The notes under the pieces: generated by a model
What the model saw: the letters and a program-made list of their open reading frames with translations, nothing else
The model's database searches: none
What the model was told of the DNA's origin: nothing
Made by a program: the position numbers and the translations under genes
Source: Candidatus Epulonipiscium fishelsonii
GTDB taxonomy: Bacteria > Bacillota > Clostridia > Lachnospirales > Cellulosilyticaceae
Direction: 5' to 3'
Assembly: GCA_001983455.1 (NCBI GenBank)
Contig: LJDB01000010.1
Span: 11,399 to 75,398, forward strand
DNA length: 64,000 bases
Shown here: piece after piece, positions 57,893 to 64,000 of the stretch
Layout of the letters: every line of letters begins with the position of its first letter
How positions within the stretch are numbered: the first letter of the stretch is position 1

Positions 57893-60892
57893 CTATGCAA
57901 TAACTTCAAACTCAGTATCTCCTCGTTTTACTGGTGCAGACTGTTCTGGTTTTAATATAGGATTATATATTTTAGCATCCTGATATATTCCTTGCTTAAC
58001 ACTATATCCTATGTTTTTTAACATTGTGTCCAAATTACTTCCCTTTGTTTGGAGTCTCTTTGTTATTTCTGGAGTTTCTCCACTAACTTCATATGAAATC
58101 GCTTCATCAGTGATATTTAAATGGGCTACAACTGTACCCATAGACTTAGTGTCATAGCTTATTACAGCTTTTAGATCATTGTTTTGTTCAACTGATTGTT
58201 TATTTTTCTTGTTCATATAAAGATGTACTAGTTTTTGCTCACCGTTAATCATAAATGGTACTTGATATACTTCGTCTTGCTTTTGCAATTCTTTTTGAAT
58301 ATTTACCATTTCTTCCATCTGTTTGTGTTGCTTGTATTGATTGATATTACTTTCCATAACGGCAATTTCTTTTTCGGATGATGCTGTTTCTTTAATTTCT
58401 TCTAACATCTCTCGGATTTCTTCAAAATTATTTACTTCATTTTTGTGATCGGGGTTGCCTTCATTATAGTCTTTTAACATTTCACCATATAAATTTGGCT
58501 CATCAACCATTTTTTGAAGCCAATATATATTGTTTAAAGTTACTGGTATTTCTTTATCTTTCATAACGGATACAATTTCAGGGGAAACTTTTTTTGCTAT
58601 CTCAATTTTTTCTAAAACACTTTTTGGCAATGTATCTATACCTTCAAAATCTCCTAGTTCTTTTTTCACCTGGCTTTTTATGAACGGATAAATCATACTA
58701 CTTATTTTATCGTCAGATTTTAAGTTTAGTTGAGTGTTTTCTAGTACCTTTGATAAATTTACCAATTTTTCTGTTTCTATATTTGCTTGTTCTATCCTTA
58801 CTTTTGCTGTTTCAAGAGGCTGTTTAAACCCTTCTAATTCTCCAAAGCTATCATCAACCACTGTTTCTATATTAGTATTTTTCCCTGCATATTTAACAGC
58901 TTCTTGCAAGTTCTCTACATTTAAGTCAAAATTATTCTGTTGGATATACCCTATTACTTGCTCTTTATTTTTTTCCACTTTATCTAGTACTTGATATAGT
59001 CCTATTAATTCGTCTTTTTGTGACTTGGATAATTGTCCATTTTCTTCCAAAGCAACAATTGCTTCTGCCACAGATGTTTTAAGTTGGGGCATATTTTCTT
59101 TTTCAATAAATTCAAGTGTATTGTCCACTGTAGAGTAATATGGGTTTATTCCTTCTTTAATCATATTTGATGCTACATGCGGAGTTAATTCTAGTAAAAA
59201 TGTATTAAGTTTTTGAGAAATAACCGCTGCTTGCTCCATATTTTCAGGGGTCAACTCTTGATTGTTTAAAATAAGTGCTTCCGCTGCTTGTTTATTTATT
59301 TTATTAACTTCAAAATTGTTATTTTGCAAAAATTGTTCAATCTGACCTTTTACACTGCGTAGTCCTTCGCCAAAACGTTTTTCTGGTTCCAGTGCATTTT
59401 GATCATATTTAGATAATGCAACATTAAATTGCTCTAGTGTTGCTTCCTCTGATGTTTCAAGCTGAATTTCTATAGTTTGGGTAGGATGAAACTTCATTTG
59501 ATTTGTAGTTTCAATAACCTTTTCCAAAATTTGTTTGTTTTCTTCAGAGACTGGAACATTTGCCTTATTTAATGCTTCTGTGATTACTACATCTTCTATG
59601 GCAATTAATTCTTGTGCCACCTTGGAAAGTTCGGTGCTCTCTAGTGGCATCTTAGTACTAATGTTTCTTGCTGCTTCTACGTTTAGTTTTGCCCTAATTA
59701 TATTTATGTAATTTTTGACATCTTGAACTGTTTGTTGTTTATTAATATGTGATTTGTTAACATCGATACTTGGTGTGCTTATGTTTGCACCAACATTTGG
59801 TATATTGATATTTGGAGTATTAATATTTATATCAACATTTGGAGTACTGATATTTGGAATATTAACATTTGGAGCACTACCATTTATATCAACATTTGGC
59901 ATATTGATATTTGGAATATTAACATTTGGAGCACTACCATTTATATCAACATTTGGCATACTTATATTTGGAGTACTACCATTTGTACCAATATTTGGTA
60001 TGCTGATATTTGGAGTATTAACATTTGGCCTGCTGATATTTGGAGCCAAAATTTGCATTGTGTTCTGGTATAATATTGCTTTTAAATTATTGATATTTAT
60101 TTTAATATCTTTTTCCAGCAATTCTTCAATTTGCTCGTCTTTTATTTCAGACAAATCAGTTAAAAGTTTATTTATATCTTCTTGTGTATAATGTACCTGA
60201 TCATTTTTTATAAGAGGCTTTTTAGACACATCTATAGGCAGTTCCTCTTCATTTAACAAATCACTTGGAGACAAGTTATCAATTTGCTCTTTTATGTTTT
60301 GTATTTTTGAAATATTTTCCAATGTAACATCCTGACCAACTTTAAGCAATTTCTCTGTTGCCCACTGATTTTCTGGAGTTATTTCAATACTATTTAACCT
60401 TAAAACCTGATCTATCTCTTCCTTACTATATTCTGTTGGGTAACCTGTGCCTTTAAAACTTCCAAGGTACAAATTGGCTATATTTATTTCACCTTGCTCC
60501 TCCATAGCACATTTGTACATAGCATCTGTATGTTCTTTTAATTTGTTTACTTTATCTTTAAGTTGCAACTGTTGTTTTTCATTTAAAATTACTTCTTCTT
60601 TTTCTTGAATTTGCTCAAATTCTAAATATTTGTAAACATCATATTCCATCTCTCCAATGTCATATCCGTTTTGCTGAATATTTGAAATTTTTTCCTGTTC
60701 AAAATCAAATGTAGTCTCACCAAAATTGGTTTCTTTTTCATATGCAATTTGTTCCAAATCCTGCTGTTTGCTTGGTGCATATTTTGTCATTTCATATTCA
60801 AAATTAGAATTTCCCACTGATGAAGACTTTGATAATTTGGGATTTGTGTAAGTATATTGATTATATTTTGATGTAATTAAATTTTCAACCAT
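57893..60892 (-). CDS. Large flagellar-locus protein with central pentapeptide-type repeat and FliK-like C-terminal region (tentative)
   Basis: 999 aa. The C-terminal ~90 aa (LVHLYMN...GTVVAHLNITDEAISYEVSGETPEITKRLQTKGSNLDTMLKNIGYSV) follow the FliK C-terminal pattern. First gene behind a sigma-D-type promoter. Confidence 0.35.
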   Translation of the reverse strand: MVENLITSKYNQYTYTNPKLSKSSSVGNSNFEYEMTKYAPSKQQDLEQIAYEKETNFGETTFDFEQEKISNIQQNGYDIGEMEYDVYKYLEFEQIQEKEEVILNEKQQLQLKDKVNKLKEHTDAMYKCAMEEQGEINIANLYLGSFKGTGYPTEYSKEEIDQVLRLNSIEITPENQWATEKLLKVGQDVTLENISKIQNIKEQIDNLSPSDLLNEEELPIDVSKKPLIKNDQVHYTQEDINKLLTDLSEIKDEQIEELLEKDIKININNLKAILYQNTMQILAPNISRPNVNTPNISIPNIGTNGSTPNISMPNVDINGSAPNVNIPNINMPNVDINGSAPNVNIPNISTPNVDININTPNINIPNVGANISTPSIDVNKSHINKQQTVQDVKNYINIIRAKLNVEAARNISTKMPLESTELSKVAQELIAIEDVVITEALNKANVPVSEENKQILEKVIETTNQMKFHPTQTIEIQLETSEEATLEQFNVALSKYDQNALEPEKRFGEGLRSVKGQIEQFLQNNNFEVNKINKQAAEALILNNQELTPENMEQAAVISQKLNTFLLELTPHVASNMIKEGINPYYSTVDNTLEFIEKENMPQLKTSVAEAIVALEENGQLSKSQKDELIGLYQVLDKVEKNKEQVIGYIQQNNFDLNVENLQEAVKYAGKNTNIETVVDDSFGELEGFKQPLETAKVRIEQANIETEKLVNLSKVLENTQLNLKSDDKISSMIYPFIKSQVKKELGDFEGIDTLPKSVLEKIEIAKKVSPEIVSVMKDKEIPVTLNNIYWLQKMVDEPNLYGEMLKDYNEGNPDHKNEVNNFEEIREMLEEIKETASSEKEIAVMESNINQYKQHKQMEEMVNIQKELQKQDEVYQVPFMINGEQKLVHLYMNKKNKQSVEQNNDLKAVISYDTKSMGTVVAHLNITDEAISYEVSGETPEITKRLQTKGSNLDTMLKNIGYSVKQGIYQDAKIYNPILKPEQSAPVKRGDTEFEVIA
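59765..60055 (-). repeat. Coding tandem repeat: ~19 pentads P-N-[IV]-x-[IMT], including a 57-bp duplication
   Basis: Protein reads NISRPNVNTPNISIPNIGTNGSTPNISMPNVDINGSAPNVNIPNINMPNVDINGSAPNVNIPNISTPNVDININTPNINIPNVGANISTP. DNA 59849-59903 is repeated exactly at 59906-59960. Confidence 0.9.
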
Positions 60893-60920
60893 TTTTTCAC
60901 CTCACTATTTTATATAATAT

Positions 60921-60948
60921 ATGTCGGCCATTTATTTTCAAATCTTTA
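60921..60948 (-). promoter_or_regulatory. Sigma-D (FliA, sigma-28)-type promoter
   Basis: Minus strand TAAA (60945-60948), 16-nt spacer, GCCGACAT (60921-60928), versus the consensus TAAA-N15/16-GCCGATAT. ~30 nt upstream of the 999-aa ORF. Confidence 0.55.
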
Positions 60949-61166
60949 ATATTATAAAGCAGTTTGACGTATACTATTTATATATATTGATGACAATATT
61001 ATTATTTTTGTCAGAATGTTCAAGTTGTCGAATAACTTATCAGTAGTGAATAAATTGATTTTGGGTTCGGGGAAAATCCCCTCTTTAAAAGTTGTGTACT
61101 TTGTAGTTATTTAACAATATAAAGAAAATATAGCAGTCTTTTCCATTACAATGTATAGGTGTTTTA

Positions 61167-61195
61167 TTGCAAAAATAAGTTTATTATTTTATAAT
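61167..61195 (+). promoter_or_regulatory. Sigma-A promoter for the CNNM/TlyC gene
   Basis: TTGCAA (61167-61172), 17-nt spacer, TATAAT (61190-61195). Confidence 0.55.
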
Positions 61196-61242
61196 TTGTA
61201 AGTGATTAATTTTTTTTATTTTATTAGGAGTGTGATTTTAAA

Positions 61243-62523
61243 TTGAACCCGGTTCAGATATTACAAATCGTTATTCTTATTTTATTGTTGTTTTGTTCAG
61301 CTTTTTTTTCTATGTCAGAAACTGCGTTGATGTCCATTAGCAAAATTGATGCTAGGCACATGGTTTCACAAAATGTTAAAGGTGCAGAACTAGTTTCAAA
61401 ACTATTGGAAGATCCATCAAAGCTTCTTGGTGCTATATTGGTAGGAAATAACCTTGTAAATGTTGCTAGTGCCTCTTTATCAACGGTTGTTGCAACAAAT
61501 TTGTTTGGAAGTGCAGGAGTTGGTATTGCAACAGGAACTGTAACAGTACTTGTATTAATATTTGGTGAAATAACTCCCAAGTCATTATCAACTCAAAATC
61601 CTCAAAAAATTGCTGTTTTTGTAGCACGACCAATATCTATAGTTGTAGTATTGTTTGGTGGAGTTGTTAAAATATTAATGGTAGTTTCCAATATTTTAAT
61701 AAAAGTGCTTGGAGGAAATAGTAATACAGTAAAAGATTTTATGACAGCCGAACAACTTAGGACTATAGTTACTGTAAGTCATGAAGAAGGTGTTTTAGAG
61801 GATGAAGAAAAAGAAATGATTTATAATGTATTTGATTTTGGAGACTTATACGCTAAAGATATAATGATTCCAAGAACTGATATGGTAGCTATTGACATTG
61901 AATCGACATATAACGAAGTAATTAATTTGTATAAAGAGTATCAATTTTCACGTATGCCTGTTTTTGAAGAAACTCATGACAATATTGTGGGAATGATATA
62001 TATGAAAGATTTTTTAATTAAATCAATAAAAGCAGAATCTTTTAAGGTAAAAGATATTGCTCGTGAAGCTTATTTTGTGCATGAATTTAAACAATTGGAT
62101 GAATTGTTTAAAGAACTTAGATCAAAAAAATTGGGTTTAGCACTTGTTGTCGATGAATACGGAGGAACTTCCGGACTTGTAACTTTAGAAGACTTAATCG
62201 AAGAAATTGTTGGTGACATTGATGATGAATACGATATAAGCGAGGAAAACTTTTCAAAAATAAGCGATACGGAATTTCTTGTTGACGGTACATATCGTAT
62301 TTCAGATGTAAATGAAGAGTTAGGAATACCAATACAATCCAATGAGTTTGATTCGATTGGTGGATTTATAATAGGGTTGCTGGATAGATTTCCAAATGAT
62401 GGAGAAATAGTTGAATGGGACTCGGCAACTTTTATTGTTGAAGAAACTTGTAACAATCGTATAAACAAAGTTAGAATTATATTAAAATCTCCAGAAGAAG
62501 AATTGTTGCCAGAAGCAACATAA
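61243..62523 (+). CDS. CNNM/TlyC-family protein (DUF21 membrane domain + CBS pair + CorC_HlyC domain)
   Basis: 426 aa. N-terminal 4-TM DUF21 region (FFSMSETALMS), a CBS-pair region and a C-terminal CorC/HlyC-type domain. TTG start. Confidence 0.85.
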   Translation: MNPVQILQIVILILLLFCSAFFSMSETALMSISKIDARHMVSQNVKGAELVSKLLEDPSKLLGAILVGNNLVNVASASLSTVVATNLFGSAGVGIATGTVTVLVLIFGEITPKSLSTQNPQKIAVFVARPISIVVVLFGGVVKILMVVSNILIKVLGGNSNTVKDFMTAEQLRTIVTVSHEEGVLEDEEKEMIYNVFDFGDLYAKDIMIPRTDMVAIDIESTYNEVINLYKEYQFSRMPVFEETHDNIVGMIYMKDFLIKSIKAESFKVKDIAREAYFVHEFKQLDELFKELRSKKLGLALVVDEYGGTSGLVTLEDLIEEIVGDIDDEYDISEENFSKISDTEFLVDGTYRISDVNEELGIPIQSNEFDSIGGFIIGLLDRFPNDGEIVEWDSATFIVEETCNNRINKVRIILKSPEEELLPEAT

Positions 62524-62555
62524 TTTATTTTTATTATGTTATATATGTTGGAAAA

Positions 62556-62600
62556 AAAGAGATATTGCACTGGTAAATTAATAGTGTTATATCTCTTTTT
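62556..62600. terminator. Bidirectional terminator between the CNNM/TlyC gene and serS
   Basis: AAAGAGATAT / ATATCTCTTT 10-bp stem flanked by an A run and a T run. Confidence 0.6.
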
Positions 62601-62606
62601 AAATGA

Positions 62607-63941
<1,335 letters not shown>

Positions 63942-64000
63942 TTAAGTTGTATCAGGAGAATACGTAGTTTCGGCAATGGCATTGGTGGCAACAGAAAATT

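Noticed and set aside
59754-60191. Plus-strand ORF (FGILIFGILTFGALPFISTFG repeats)
   Set aside because: It is antisense to the pentapeptide-repeat region of the 999-aa gene and is an artefact of the repeat keeping the frame open.

Overview
Low-GC Firmicutes (Clostridia-like) chromosomal window. Left to right: feoB 3' end with a small Cys-rich partner. A ptsG-type PTS EIICBA with a RAT/terminator leader and a downstream BglG/GlcT antiterminator. A minus-strand alpha-mannoside/mannosylglycerate operon (PMI-like isomerase, GH38, Fru-type PTS EIIA/B/C). An Lrp-aminotransferase pair. A ~1.4 kb ORF-less, repeat-dense spacer. An orphan LanFEG-type ABC transporter. Then the conserved rpmG-secE-nusG-rplK-rplA-rplJ-rplL-rpoB-rpoC cluster on the minus strand. 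The strongest observation is that rpoC is split by a 2763-nt group II intron sitting inside the codons of the NADFDGDQM active-site motif. The intron has 5' GUGCG, a textbook domain V and a domain VI with a bulged A. Its RT/maturase/HNH ORF appears broken by two frameshifts. Directly upstream of rpmG lies a flagellar filament and glycosylation island: two FlgN-like ORFs, three tandem CgeB-like glycosyltransferase paralogs, a CMP-nonulosonate synthetase fused to a KdsC-like phosphatase, a radical SAM/SPASM protein, a NeuB-like synthase fused to a methyltransferase, Maf, YjfB, FlaG, FliS and FliD. An ascorbate-family PTS operon, a GH26-like secreted enzyme and rpsT separate this island from three tandem flagellin genes, a second FliS-like gene and a 999-aa FliK-like protein carrying a pentapeptide-type repeat. 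The window ends with a CNNM/TlyC-type protein and serS. Other items worth a second look are a dispersed hairpin repeat family shared by the intron, a glycosylation gene leader and a flagellin leader, and a GGA-rich tandem module array. No tRNA, rRNA, CRISPR array or transposase gene was recognised.
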